Of a DNA stretch of 64,000 bases, positions 11,904-24,699 are shown piece by piece (the first letter of the stretch is position 1; the number at the start of each line of letters is the position of its first letter). The stretch lies in assembly GCA_964188305.1 (NCBI GenBank), contig OZ076889.1. One strand, written 5' to 3'. The translations under genes and the position numbers were made by a program. The notes beneath the pieces are model-generated. The model saw only the letters and a list, made by a program, of their open reading frames with translations, was not told where the DNA came from and did no database searches. The stretch comes from Podarcis bocagei. Lineage: Eukaryota.

Positions 11904-12121
11904 TAACACATCCCATCAACTACAGCCAAGCCCTGTAATACAGCTGCACCTCTTCTGACCCACTGGACAGTGATGCACAATTCCAGCCATTTATTACATT
12001 GTAATATCTACCAAATGAAGTGAAATGGTATCCAGGAATAATATGCTACAGGAGAACACCATTGGCACCCAACTTGGTAAAAATCACTGTAAGCTATAAT
12101 CAAGGATTACCAGCAGCCCAA

Positions 12122-12547
12122 TGAAAACCGACATTCTGGGTTAGGACATCATCAGCATGCCACGCATCAGCCTGGGTCACCGCATGCTTGAGGTGGTAGA
12201 TGATTTTTTATCTCCCTGGGCTTTACCACAACCAGCAGCTTCACCACCAATGCTGAGCTGGACAAGCGTATTGGGAAGGCAGCTATGGCAATGGCTCGCC
12301 TCTCCAAAAAGGTATGGGAGATTGTGATGCTAACGACCAATACCAAGATGAAAGTCTACCAGGCATGAGTGTTGAGCATGTTGCTTTATGGAAGTGAGTC
12401 ATGGGCAAGTTACACCCGCCAGGGATGATGCCCCAACGCCTTCCGTATGTACTGCATCAGGAAGATTTTGGACATCGCATGGAAGGACAGAGTCTCAAAC
12501 AAATATGTGCTCTCTCAAGCCCACATTCCCAGCATGTTTGCACTTCC
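12122..12547 (+). mobile_element. RTE-clade LINE fragment (RT C-terminal region, disrupted)
   Basis: Broken frames give LEVVDDF...AELDKRIGKAAMAMARLSKKVWE...TKMKVYQA*VLSMLLYGSESW...CIRKILDIAWKDRVSNKYVL, typical of RTE ORF; contains stops and frameshifts. Confidence 0.88.
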
Positions 12548-13096
12548 ACGGACATGACCAACCAGCCCTTGTCATTGTGAGTCCTTGTTTGCCTCTGTAT
12601 GTGGGCACTGTAATCGACACAATCTCTAATGGGATGTTTTGAGTGTGTCTGTTCCTCCACCCTCCATTGTTTTTTAATTGAACATGTTTTCCCTCTCCTC
12701 TCCCATGCCTGTATTAGATTTGGTTGCGACTCCACCCCGTTTAAAAGAAGTATGGGCACTTTTAATAAAAGTTCACACCTGCAGTAAGGCCCATTGTGTT
12801 GAATGTGACTCACTCCCAGGTAAGTGTGTATGTATGGAATTGCAAACTTAGGCTTACTAGTGAGGAAGCCCCATTAGACACTGTGAGATTTATGTCCAAT
12901 TAAGTATACACACATTGTAAAGACACAGTCCTGCACCTATAGAAGTAAAAACTCCTGCTGACTCTAACGAAGGAGGTTTGTAGCACCATACACTTTGGTG
13001 CACACTTACCTGAGACATACTTGTGAGTTAAAATGTGTAGAATAGTGCTGCTTATTGGCTACAGTCTCGAAAAAACAAAGCTCACCAACTATCAGA

Positions 13097-13183
13097 CCCT
13101 TCCTTCCTTCCTTCCTTCCTTCCTTCCTTCCTTCCTTCCTTCCTTCCTCCCTCCCTCCCTCCCTCCCTCCCTTCCTTCCTTCC
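13097..13183. repeat. (CCTT)n/(CCCT)n microsatellite
   Basis: Pure pyrimidine tetranucleotide array. Confidence 0.97.
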
Positions 13184-13285
13184 AACATCTACAGGAGAAG
13201 GGTACCCTGTCCCATCACTATTGAACAATCTTTGCATTCTACCATTAGACCAGTGTTTCCCAACCTTTTTCTAATCGTGGTCCCC

Positions 13286-13419
13286 CATGGGTGTGGCCAA
13301 GTGGGGCGGGGGCAGAGGGCAGGTGTGCCCACAAATAAGTAAAAATCAATACAAATCTGAGGTTCTTTCCCCCCAATAAAAGCCTGCCCACCCCAACAAA
13401 AATCCTGGCTACATCCATG
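13286..13419. mobile_element. Short hAT MITE (same family as 62594-62769)
   Basis: CATGGGTGTGGCCA...AAATCCTGGCTACATCCATG termini and shared internal sequence. Confidence 0.6.
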
Positions 13420-13547
13420 CCCCCCTCCTACTGGTCGAAAGGTATCTATTTAAATGTTTTGTTTATAATTTTTATAATTTATACAAAATACAATTACATA
13501 AAATGATAGGAACATAATGAAATATTGTTGAAGCAGAAAAAAGAGAC

Positions 13548-13705
13548 TAATAGAGCTGGAAGGGACCCCAAGGGTCATGTTTCTAGTGCAACCTCCTGCA
13601 ATGTAGGAAACTCAGCTAAAGCATCCATGACAGCCAACCTCTGCTTAGAAACCTCCAAGGAAGGAGAGTCCAGAACCTACCGAGGCAGATCCATCTTCCA
13701 TGTTT
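13548..13705 (-). mobile_element. CR1 LINE 3' end fragment
   Basis: TAGAGCTGGAAGGGACCCCAAGGGTCAT...AGCCAACCTCTGCTTAGAAACCTCCAAGGAAGGAGAGTCC is the reverse complement of a CR1 3' end. Confidence 0.7.
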
Positions 13706-14477
13706 TATAAAAAATAAACAACACTTATTTGACCCCAGTTATTTGACACAGAGGGGGAAACCTACAGATACAGTCCAAAAGGTATGTAGGAAGTTCTGTA
13801 TATATGGGATTTTTTTAAGAAAAGCAAGTGGTCTTCACTGACCTGGTGCAAAAAGATCTTGTCATGTGGAGGAGCCCTGGCTGCCCAGATTAGACACTAT
13901 AGTCTCACACACCCTTACCTGTGAGTTAGGCCCACTGAACACAGTGTGGCTTTCTTTTGAGTAGACTCTTAGTTGTTTACTAGATGCAAGTCAGCAGCAC
14001 CAGATGACCCTGCTTGGCTAGGTGCTGGGGTGGATTGCACCCTACACATTGCAGAGTCAGGCCCAGGCTGCTACTGGGCCCAGCACTGGCTGCAGCAACA
14101 AGCAGCTCACCCAGCCCTACCCACTGCCACCCCACCAGTGCACTTACCTGACCTGGGGGTTCTGGATCGCGGGCTCTGCTGGTCAAAAAGGGAGCCTCAG
14201 TGATCATCCTCTCCCACTGGAAACAAACCAGGACTGCTCCCAGGTGGCAAAAAGGAGTGCTAGGCCCTGGTGGGCCACCCCCTTACCCGCTTGTGATTGG
14301 CCAAGCAGATAGCCATCCAATCAGAATTTCCCCCCTTCACTTCTCACTTCCCTCAGTGGTCCCCAAGCCTTGTGTTGTGGGCCCCTCATTTACAAGATTT
14401 TAACCTGTAGCTCCCTTGGAATATTCGGGGGGGGGGGGATATAGTCCCCGGTTGGGAAACAATGTGTTAGATAACTA

Positions 14478-14703
14478 CAGTGGTACCTCGGGTTAAGTAC
14501 TTAATTCGTTCTGGAGGTCTGTACTTAACCAAAAACTGTTCTTAACCTGAAGCACCTCTTTAGCTAATGGGGCCTCCTGCTGCCGCCATGCTGCCGGAGC
14601 ATGATTTCTGTTCTCATCCTGAAGCAAGGTTCTCAACCTAAAGCACTATATCTGGGTTAGCGGAGTCTGTAACCTGAAGCTTATGTAACCCGAGGTACCA
14701 CTG
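14478..14703. mobile_element. Tc1/mariner (Tigger-like) MITE, 226 bp
   Basis: TIRs CAGTGGTACCTCGGGTTA / TAACCCGAGGTACCACTG with TA TSD; same-length copy in opposite orientation at 49082-49307. Confidence 0.9.
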
Positions 14704-15185
14704 TACTTGAGTAATATGTGACAAAAGTTCAGATCTGGAAAATGCTGGAGAGCTCCCAGGGCGTCTGGACAACATTTTGTATGAGGCAGAAGTGTCACCA
14801 AGGGAAGTGGTGCCCTGACAAGCTCAGCCTATAGGTGGTTCACAGATCACAAAGGCCTGGTTTCTCTCCCCACCCACCCACCTTAGTATTTGGTTGGGTT
14901 GGTTGGGAATGGCTTGCCCAGCATCATACTTACCGGTATGTGAAATCCAGACCCTGAGAGGGCTCCTGTATCTTTAAGAGTTGCAAAGAAGGGAACACTC
15001 CGCTATATGCATAAGAGCAGCTTCCTGTTATCACTGCAGCACTGTGAAGAGAAAAGGTGCAGTGGATTAAAGTACTTCTTACATTCTTCTTTTAGAATCC
15101 TAAAGGAGCCCACTCAGTGGCAAAACCTAGCAGGTGTTAATGCTACAGTAGGAAGACCCCCCCCTCCCCATCATAGGCCCTAGAT

Positions 15186-15678
15186 CAGGGGTCTGCAACC
15201 TTTAAGACAAAAAGAGCCACTTGGACCCGTTTCCGAAGAAAAAAAATGGGAGCCACAAAACTCATCATTATAAAAATAACTTTTTTGTCACTTTTTAAAA
15301 TTATTTCTTTGTTTGACCCCTCAGAATTACTCCTCCTCATAGAAATAAACGTTAAATTAACAAGTTACCTTCTTTTGTGTGTGTGTTCTTCACTCCCCTT
15401 CAAAACAGTGACCAGCGTACATGCCCCCTTTCAATGCAGTGACCAGCGTACATGCCCCTTTCAATGTAGCGGGCAGGCGGGAAGGTGACGTCGGGACGCT
15501 GCGTGACTAACGCACGCACCGCCCCCATGCGACGTCACAGCCAGTACAGCGCCCGCCACAGTGGGGAGTGTCGGGGTGCACAATGCGCCTCCTCCCCTCG
15601 CTAGTATCCGCCCCGGAGCCGCGGCAAAGGTGTAAAAGAGCCACATGCGGCTCTGGAGCTGCGGGTTGCAGACCCCTG
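15186..15678. mobile_element. Young hAT (Charlie-like) MITE
   Basis: Perfect 15-bp TIRs CAGGGGTCTGCAACC / GGTTGCAGACCCCTG, 8-bp TSD CCCTAGAT/CCCTAGAG, CpG-rich interior, internal ~30-bp tandem duplication. Confidence 0.9.
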
Positions 15679-18600
15679 CCCTAGAGGAACCTGCCATAGA
15701 GGGCAGAGCTTTTGTACCTTTAGGATTTATGCAGGGAAGGTAGAAATGCAACTTGCCCCCACTAATATTAAGCCATATATGAGGTGCAGGTTTAAAATTC
15801 AGCAGAAGCAGCAAGAAAAACAGTAGCCAATTGCAAGTTAACGAAATACTGCTGAACTAAGGAAATGTGAAAAAAATAACAAATTCAAGGTGAGCAATAA
15901 ATAATAGTTTACATGAACATAACCCCAAAAAAGCACATTTAGAACTCAGTTTCAGTGGGGGCTTGTATCTCCCATATCATGCATTAAGTGGGACTTTGTT
16001 CTTCTGTGTCTGCATGCTGCTGGGAGAACTTCTATTAATGTAGATGGTCTAGAGATGCATTATTATAGTTCTAGCCCTGGAAGCTGAGTAGGTGGAGATG
16101 GATGGATGGTTCGGCAGAGGACTGCTAGAGCGTTTTCTGCATTTTCCTGAAATAACCAATATATAGAGCTTGGGCTACAGGCAGATTTTTGACAGCTTCC
16201 CAGGAAGACATCCCTGCCCTGTCTAAGGAGCCAGAGAAGGTGAGAGACATTTCTTCAGCTGTGATTGCAAGGAAGGGTCACAATGCTTGTGTGTCTGTGC
16301 ACGTGAGGAACAAGGCACAGACAAATGCAGGCTGTTCCAGCCCTGCAAAACAGGGATGACTTGATGGGTAGCAAGGGAAAGGGGGGGCAGGCACTTGGGA
16401 AGGAATCAATATACATCAGTGGGGGGAAGCAGAGGTGGGGGCAGGCAAAGAGAAGACAAACCTGCACTCATCCATTGGGGGTTTATTTCACATCCTGCTT
16501 TGCCTGCCCAGTGTACATTAGTGCAGGAGTTGGTGACATGACCGCCACTGCCACCTTGGGAGACAGAGGGCCTCGCCACCCACCGCCAGCCGCAGGATTA
16601 ATTATGATAATGTATTTCTTTCCCCTTTTGTCACCCTAATGAATGGGCCCCTTTAAGATTTTAAGGCCTTTTGTTTGTCCAGTTTTTAAGGCGGTATTGT
16701 AGGGTAGGGGATAGCAGGTGGCATGGCCAAAACAGGCTCTTTTGTCTTCTTTGGGGGCTTTTCTTTTCCTGTGGTGGATTTGTGCAGGGGGGGGGGCAGC
16801 CTGGTTGAAGATGCAGAGAGGCAGAGTAGAGACACTCCTCAGTAAGTTTCACTGCACTGATAGTGATAGGAGAGAAACTTCCTTGTTTGGGGAGGGGAGT
16901 TTCAGAGAGAACCCCCTCTTTCTCCCTCTTTCTTTCTTTCTTTCTTTCCCGCCTCACACACCTCCCATGGAATGGGACCCATCCTGTATCCTCCAGATCA
17001 CTCCCAAATTCCCAATCTGTATTATTTATCCTGCATTCACATGTGAGCAGGTCTAGACAAATCACTGCAAGCACATCTCCCAAATCAAAATGTCAGTGTC
17101 TGTTCTATCAACTGCTACAAAGAGCAGAGCAATCCAAAATTAGGGGTGTCGTCCAGAGATGATGGAGCAATAATGTCCCTTGATTCTGCACTGCTTCCAA
17201 TGTTTCAGAATGGAGTTGTGCTAGTCATGCTTCTTGAGGCTTCTCAGGATAAAATATGACATACACCTGCAAAACTATTTTGTCCCAAGACTGTGGTGGG
17301 GAAATTGACCACGTGTATTGCAGGCAGCTACAGTTTAGGAATATCACCTCTGAGTCCCTAAAAGGGCTGCTTTCTGTACTCAGCAGGACATGGTTTCTTC
17401 TTCAGTGTTTTAAATATTAGGAAGCACATGAAGGATGCTTGCTGATTTTATGCAAGAACAGGCAAAGAACTTCTAATGAAACTGGCACTACTATAGAGAG
17501 TTAATGGTCTCTCTGGCGTACAAAGTGCCACACCCTTTTGGAAAAGGATGCCAAATAATGTCCCACAGAAACAATGGGGGGGCCTGTGTGTTAAATGTTT
17601 TCATTGTGATTTGGATGAGCACACTGTGAGCATGTTTATAAAATCTGAAGACAGAGTGATATTTGGAGGGATCTCAAACATTTCAAAAAACAGATCAACT
17701 TGATAAATTTGAGTACTAGGCAGAGAGTAGCAAAATAAAACTGGACAAGATGGACTTTGTTGGAGTTTTCCAAACTGGGGGTTTGGGCCAGTTAATCTTT
17801 AATGCCCTTTACTTAGTGGCACCAGCATAAACTGGATATGGGGGAGGGCATTCATAGCTGAAATAGCAGGGGTAGGGAAGGCTGGCGTTGATGAACTCCA
17901 TCTGGATTTGGTATGTCTTAGAGGAACGAGGTTCAGTCACCCTTTAGCACAGATAGCTTTGTTGGTCTGAATAACCCTTTTCTAAATAATTTCCAGCCTT
18001 TAAGTAAGGTTTTACTCTGACCAAGAGTGGCTCTCTGAGTGCCAGCCTGATCCTCTTAAGCTCTGACTGTATAAAGGTGAGAGGCAAAAAAGAAGAAAAA
18101 AAAGCTGGCCCAAGACTAACTTATGCTCTCTCTTTCCGTGCATATTTATAAATAAATCTCCTTTCACTGCACTAAGTCTAGATGTCCAACATTCTGAATC
18201 TGGCAATGAAATGGTGGGAAAGGTGATGCCAGATGGGTTAAGCAGGACTTGTGGTTGCACAGCTTCTGGAAGGAGCCCAGGATCTGTCAGGACCAGTGAG
18301 ATGAGTGCTTTTATTGACCCAACCTGCATGGTAAGGATATGCTGTAAGCAGGGTCCGTGGCATGAAACTGGGAAGGACACAGAAGCACCTCATCCATTTT
18401 GGGGCATCTTGCATTCTCTGGGACTCATAAAGTAACAACTCTTACAAGATGCAGAAATCTACCCGGCTGTCAGAATGATTACATTAATGCAACATTCAGC
18501 TTGGAAGCCCCAAAGAAGAATCTGTAGCGCAGAAAGGGTTTGTAGGGGAGATTATAAACAGGTAATGGGGCACACAAGGCAGCAGCAGCACTGCTCAATA

Positions 18601-20105
18601 CATGATTAGAGGCTTGGTCTTTCTAGTTTTCTTCTTCTTCATGGCTTTCTCAACAGAGAAATAGCATCATGGAGGAGGGAATGGGATGCGTCCCTGTAGT
18701 CCCTTTCATACCAAGTCCTGTTTGTGAGGGAGGAAATTGCAATTCAGAAGCACCGTTGAAAATGTAAGAAAGCACCTTCTGCAGGCACAGAGGTCAGACG
18801 TCTGAGCGAACGCCTTGAAACTTGGGTGGGCTCTGCCTCTGCCTGGTGAGGCGAGAGCAAAGCTTTTATCTTGTCCCTGCTCTTCCCTTCTCACTCCTCC
18901 TCTCCTCACACCCCAAAATCTGCATGAGAGAAACAATAGAGGCGCAGTTCTTTGCAGTAGGGCATTGAACTGAGGAGGGGGAGGAGATGGGGAGGGAGAG
19001 GACAGCAGGAGCAGGGAACTCGCCCACTCACAGTCCCAGCACACAGCAGTCGGTCCCACCTGCTTTGCACACACATACATGCCTCAAGCATGGATGCATG
19101 TACCCTTCAGGCATGCACACACATTGCCCTCCAGACATCTATTGACTGGTACACACACACACACACACACACGACAGGGGGAATGCAAGGTCTCTAGATT
19201 TCTCTCTTAGAATCAGAGGCCAATTCAGCAGTGGCTAGTCCATTAAGGCAAATGGGGGCACTTCCCCACCAACCTCAGTGAGCTTTCAGTCAGCTCCCAC
19301 CTGCCTGCCTTCTTACCTTCAACCAGCCCAGAGAGCAGCCTTGGATGATCAGCTTCCTCTTCCTTAATCTTAGTGTTGCCTTTGTAAAACTCAGCAGGGA
19401 AGAGGGGATGGGGACAAAACTAGAATGAGTTGGCTCTGCCTGTTGTTGGCTGTGGCGCCACCTACTGTCAATCTCCCTGCCATCTGCCCTGCCAGTCCCC
19501 GTGGACACCAGCCACCATTGGGGACCATTGACTGTGTCATATGCTCCACGGTCAGTAAGACTGTCAGACTGCAGAGACCAATAGAGCCCTTTTAAGCAGG
19601 AAATTTGCCATGTAATAGCAAGACATAAAACATGGCCTTTCCAGAGCCATCCTAGTATAGCTTATTTTGCCTGCTTAGATCCTAGCATGGAATTCTGAGT
19701 TTATTTTACTTATTTATTAAATATTTATATTGCACACTTGCAACAACACAGGGTCCTAAGAGAAGCTTAAATAGATTTAAGAACAAGATAAAACATGGTC
19801 AATATTAAAAACGTTGGCAGTACCATGAAACAAAACTATTTAAACTTGCCATCTGAACACACTCGAAGAGGTAAAGAGAGGCAAATATTCTGGGGCAGTG
19901 ACTAGAGTGGGTGCTGATGATTGAGAAGGCCCGATTATGCATTCCCATTCTCACAGGGCATAGAAGGGCCTCTCCCATTGACCTCAGGGTGTAGATAGAT
20001 GCATACAGAGGAATTGTTCTAGACAGCACTGGTTGTGATAATATATTTAGTGGCAAGAAGAGTAAAATGGAAAGTGTTGTATGATACATACAGAAACATA
20101 GATAA

Positions 20106-20326
20106 CCAGTGTGGTATAGTGGTTACAGTGTCAGGCTAGGGTTTGGAAGACCAGAGTTCAAATCCTCACTCAGCCATGAAGCTCACAAAGTGACTTTGGG
20201 TCATTCACTGCCTCTCAGCCTAACCTACCTCATAGGGGTGTTGTGAGGATAAAATGAGAAGGGGAAGAACTATTAAACTCCTGGCAGGAAAGGTGGGATA
20301 TAAATGTAATAATAATAGTAATAATA
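20106..20326 (+). mobile_element. tRNA-derived squamate SINE (Squam3/MIR-like)
   Basis: A box (GTGGTATAGTGG), B box (GAGTTCAAATCC), CTCTCAGCCTAACCTACCTCA core, AAT-rich tail. Related copies at ~29435-29558 (+), ~28910-29050 (-) and 45258-45500 (-). Confidence 0.8.
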
Positions 20327-20456
20327 TCAAGCTCCATATTGGGCAAAAGATTTCTGCATTGCAAGGAGTTGGACTAGATGATCCTTGTGGTGCCTTTCAG
20401 CTCTATAATTCTATGATTCTAACAAAAAGATGTATTGAACCTAGTAGATATTTACT

Positions 20457-20811
20457 AGGTAAAGGTAAAGGGACCCCTGACCTTTAGGTCCAGTCGTGGC
20501 CGACTCTGGGGTTGCGGCACTCATTTCGCATTATTGGCCAAGGGAGCCAGCGTACAGCTTCCGGGTCATGTGGCCAGCATGACTAAGCCGCTTCTGGCGA
20601 GCCAGAGCAGCGCACGGAAATACTGTTTACCTTCCCGCCGGAGCAGTACCTATTTATCTACTTGCACTTTGAGGTGCTTTCAAACTGCTAGGTTGGCAGG
20701 AGCTGGGACCAAGCAACGGGAGCTTACCCCGTCGCATGGATTTGAACCACCGACCTTCTGATTGGCAAGTCCTAGGCTCTGTGGTTTAACCCACAGCACC
20801 ATCCGCGTCCC
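20457..20811 (-). mobile_element. Sauria SINE, full length
   Basis: Minus strand begins GGGACGCGGATGGTGCTGTGGGTTAAACCACAGAGCCTAGG and ends in (ACCTTT)n; TSD ATTTACT at 20450-20456 and 20812-20818. Confidence 0.93.
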
Positions 20812-22394
20812 ATTTACTGGGTACAGCATGGAAAAACATTATGAGGGTGCCAACATTAAAATTGTGCTCATAATTGAGCCCACCAATGCAATGCGTCCTT
20901 TGATATATTTTTGTAGACCAGTGACACCCAACCCTCCAATATTTGGGTAGATATGCATAGTAACCTAGGTATGGATTATAGGGACAGACAAACTGAGGCA
21001 AGTGGGAAGGCCTACTGTACTCATAACAACATCTTACCAGCAATAATTAATTGTACAGGTTTGTGGCTATGTAGCTAGCTCCGGGGTAGCAGAACCATTT
21101 TCAGGTTTTGTGCCCTGTTGTACCAGCTACATGCACAATGCCACAACTCTGCATCTGGCAATAACAATTGTGCCAAGCATAGAAAGGCTGAATTGCCCTG
21201 CTGTGGTATTATGATACCATTACAACCTATGACTGTGCACACCAGGGCACGTCAGTCTATGCTGACTGAGCACTACTCTAACCCTGTATTGGTTGGCATG
21301 ATGATTTCCAATTAAGTTGGCTTTTAGATTGGAGGTTTAAAACCAGAGGCCCGCTGGGTAGAATTTGGTCTTTTTAAGAGTGGCTCCTCAGCTGACAACC
21401 CAGAAGTGAGAAAGCAATGAAGACAAAGTGATGACTGTGGAAACAGAACTTGCTAGCAGGACTTTTTTTTTTTTGGCAGGGGGAAAGGGCCAGCTCCTCA
21501 AGGCGACTCTCCTGCAAAACTAATGGTTGACAAGGGTTTCAGATTGTGTGCTTCATCAGTTTTATTTAGCTTAATTTGGCCCTAAGGAAAATAATTCCAA
21601 TCCTTTGTTTGTTTGCTTCAGTTTTCCTTGGGAAGTAAGGCCTCAGACCATTAAACAGCTGTTGAAGGCCTTGACAACAGTTAAGAGACAGGAAGCAGGA
21701 ATGCTTGTGACTCCCCCCCCCCCTTTTCACAGAGCAAAGTTACAAATGAAGGAGTTTTCCATGTATTTATCTTGAGAGCTAGCCAAGTCTGCAAAGCAAC
21801 ATGTTCCTAATTTTCTGTAGTTTTAACTCCAAATTAATTTGTAAGTGATCTGGGTGCCTTGTTCCTCGAATGACACCTAATAGTGCAAGGGAAGTGCCTG
21901 CCAACTGAAACTTTGCAGCGGGCAAAAAGAAAGCAGGTCAGGAAAAGGCCTGGAAGCACGACCTCCTGTGAGTGTTTAACAAGGTGTCAGCCCACGATGT
22001 TTGCAGATCAGACTAAGTGGCTGTGACATCAGAGTCCCTGGCAGAGGTGGAAAAGGGATTATTCTGATGGCCTGGATACACGGCAGTACAGAGCAATAGC
22101 AGACCCATCTTCATTGATGACTAGGCAGCCTGACTTCAACCTGGTCAGGATTTGTCCCTGGGTTAGGGATAGACATGCAAAGGGGGTGTGCTCACACACA
22201 CCCTAATGTTTTTAAAAAACTGGGGGTCAAGGGAAGCAGACAAAGAGAGATGCAAGCAGAATAAAAAGGCTGGAATGGATCTACAGCTGTCTCTGGAAGT
22301 GGTGACAAGGCAATTGGCTCCAGTGATGGCAGTAAGGAAGGAGCAGGAATTCCCTCCTTCTCAAGCAAAAGCTACAAATCCACCCAGCCTCCGC

Positions 22395-22465
22395 CTTCTT
22401 CTTCTTCTTCTTCTTCTTCTTCTTCTTCTTCTTCTTCTTCTTCTTCTTCTTCTTCTTCTTCTTCT
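22395..22465. repeat. (CTT)n / (GAA)n microsatellite
   Basis: About 23 perfect units; source of the poly-L/K/R spurious ORFs. Confidence 0.97.
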
Positions 22466-24699
22466 CATGGCTCTGTCTCCATCCAAGCTCCACTGGCCAC
22501 CTTTTGTGGAGAGAGATCTGTGGGGTGAGGGGCTGCTTTTGTGGCATGCAAGCAAGGGGGAGGAGCCATTTGGCCCCTGGCCCTCCAGAATTACCCTGCT
22601 TCTGGTCAGCTTGGCAAGGGTCTTTTTCTCTGCAGGAAAAATCAGTAAGACAGCTGGAGACATTGGTTGAGTGCTATAAAGATGTATCTTGGGGGCTGAA
22701 TGATGTCTGGGCCCATGCATGTGAGAGCCCATTGGCACTCCCACTAGGGGAAGCTGCTGGCCACCATTAGATATATTCTGAACCTCATTCAGCCCTAGGT
22801 AATAAATGAGCTGGGACCACCTATGAACATAAAATATGCTCATGAAGGAATATTATACAAGAAACTGATATGAAAATTTGCCTTACCATGCTATTTGGAA
22901 TTTTCATTCAGAAACTTGGATGGAGCCTGGCAGCATGGTGGAATCGCAGAAACAGCTGAAGGTTAGAGGTCACAAATTGGGAAGTTTCCTGCTGGGCATT
23001 ACTGGAAACTGGCCATGTATCTCTGCATCATGTCTGGCTGCAAGACAGCAATGAATCAAAAATTAAGTAGGTTGCCAAAAGATCAAAGGCTGATTATGTG
23101 TTTTTGGAATTCTTATACTTGTGTTCATTTGCTATGTTGTGAGCCACTTTGGGTACAGTTTTGTGGAACAGTGTCATACAAATAAACACATGATGATAGC
23201 AAAAGGAAGAAGAAAGTTCCTGTGCTAGAAAAGTGTGATGCAGGAATCAAAGACAGCTATTTGACTATGGCAATTAGAAACCCCCCCCCTTTGAAGGAGG
23301 TAGAGTAAGAGTGAAAATGAAAGTGGGAGAGGCTACCTCCCCCTCCCCTTCCCACCCTAGGACATTGTAGAATAAATTACAAGATGGTGATTTATCTCCT
23401 TTCAGTTTGGAGAGATGCTGGGAGGAGAGTATTGACCTAAAGCAAAAGAAAGGAGAAATTTGTAAGGTAAGCCTGGAAGTTATGGTAAACACTGTCTGAA
23501 ATTCTGGTGGGCATATTTTTATTTACAACACTGGAGAGCCAGGCAGCGTAGACAAGGTTTAGACAGATGGACCTATGATCTGACTCAATACAATGCAGCT
23601 TCCTGTGGTTATATGAAAAGCCCCCATATAAGAGTCTCACTGGGGGCAGCAGTGTGTATATGTGTACAATAGGTGCTGTGGCTGCCGAGCAGAGGAGACA
23701 TCAGGGGAGTGATGGCAGAGTTGGGCCTCCGCTAGCCATGCTCTTTCTGATGCGTTCACAGTGAAGAAACAAACCTCTGTGATTCCATGCTGAACAGGGG
23801 GGAACTAAATTGGCTCAGGCTCTTGCGTCATGGGAAGCGTGAAGGTTTGGGTTGGCTGGCAAGGTGGTTGTAACCTTGGCACCTGGACAGAAACCCCTTT
23901 ATTCCAAGCCTTCTTCTACCTAGTAACTACTGGAGTTGGCTGCATCATCACAAGCTGCCCAGCACTCACCTCAGGCCTTCTCAGCCATGAAGAAGAGAGC
24001 AGGCCAAACCCACTGCGGTTCGCCAGTGTCCCAGTGCTCCCTGCTCTTAATAGGCCACTGCTAGAAACTCCCACCAGGAGTTAATTAACAGAAGGAAAAC
24101 ACTTTTAAAGGCTGCCAAGCAAGCAATCGACAGTGTCAGGCAAGGTTACCACTACACAAACTGAGCTCAGCTACACAACTTGCAGCCAGGATCCACAACA
24201 CGCACACACACAGAGCTGCTGGCAATCTCTGTGAATGAGCAGCTCACCAACAAAATGCCTGAGGAAAGGGCAGTGGTTCAGCTGGGAATCCAAGTTATTT
24301 GCCTGTTGGCTAGGATGGCAAGGCCAGGGATTGCTTCAGACCTGTGGAGGACCAACTAGAATCCAGGCACTGAGAAGTCTCAGGCCTGAAAACATTCAGG
24401 TGAAGCAAGGAAAAGAACTAGTCAAGATGGAGCATCCTGAATTATGCCACTTATCATTGGGATCCTACCCACAGGCAAAAGTCTGAGGGATGAGGATTGA
24501 CGCAAATATAGGTGTGTGTGTGAAAGCTTTCGTGCGTTGGTAGCTTCTCATTTGGATTATTAGAATGTGTTTGTGGGTGGGGCTGTGTGTCTCTGGAGTC
24601 AGTCGGGAAGCTTCAGCAGATGCCAAATATGGCTGTGAGAGTGTTAATTGGGACCAGACTTTATGAACATAATATATCACACTTTTCTCATCCTCACTG

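Larger units (their letters stand above)
13251..14464. mobile_element. Putative hAT element with nested insertions
   Basis: Ends CAGTGTTTCCCAACC and GGTTGGGAAACAATG are inverted repeats; flanks CATTAGAC/TGTTAGAT are compatible with a decayed 8-bp TSD. Confidence 0.55.

Noticed and set aside
12575-12785. Possible solo LTR (TG start, AATAAA near end)
   Set aside because: No clear TG...CA boundaries with TSD and no second copy in the window.
13006-13342. ORFs with PSFL/EGRK repeats
   Set aside because: Translation of the (CCTT)n microsatellite.
22188-22843. ORFs with poly-Leu, poly-Lys and poly-Arg
   Set aside because: Artefacts of the (CTT)n microsatellite.
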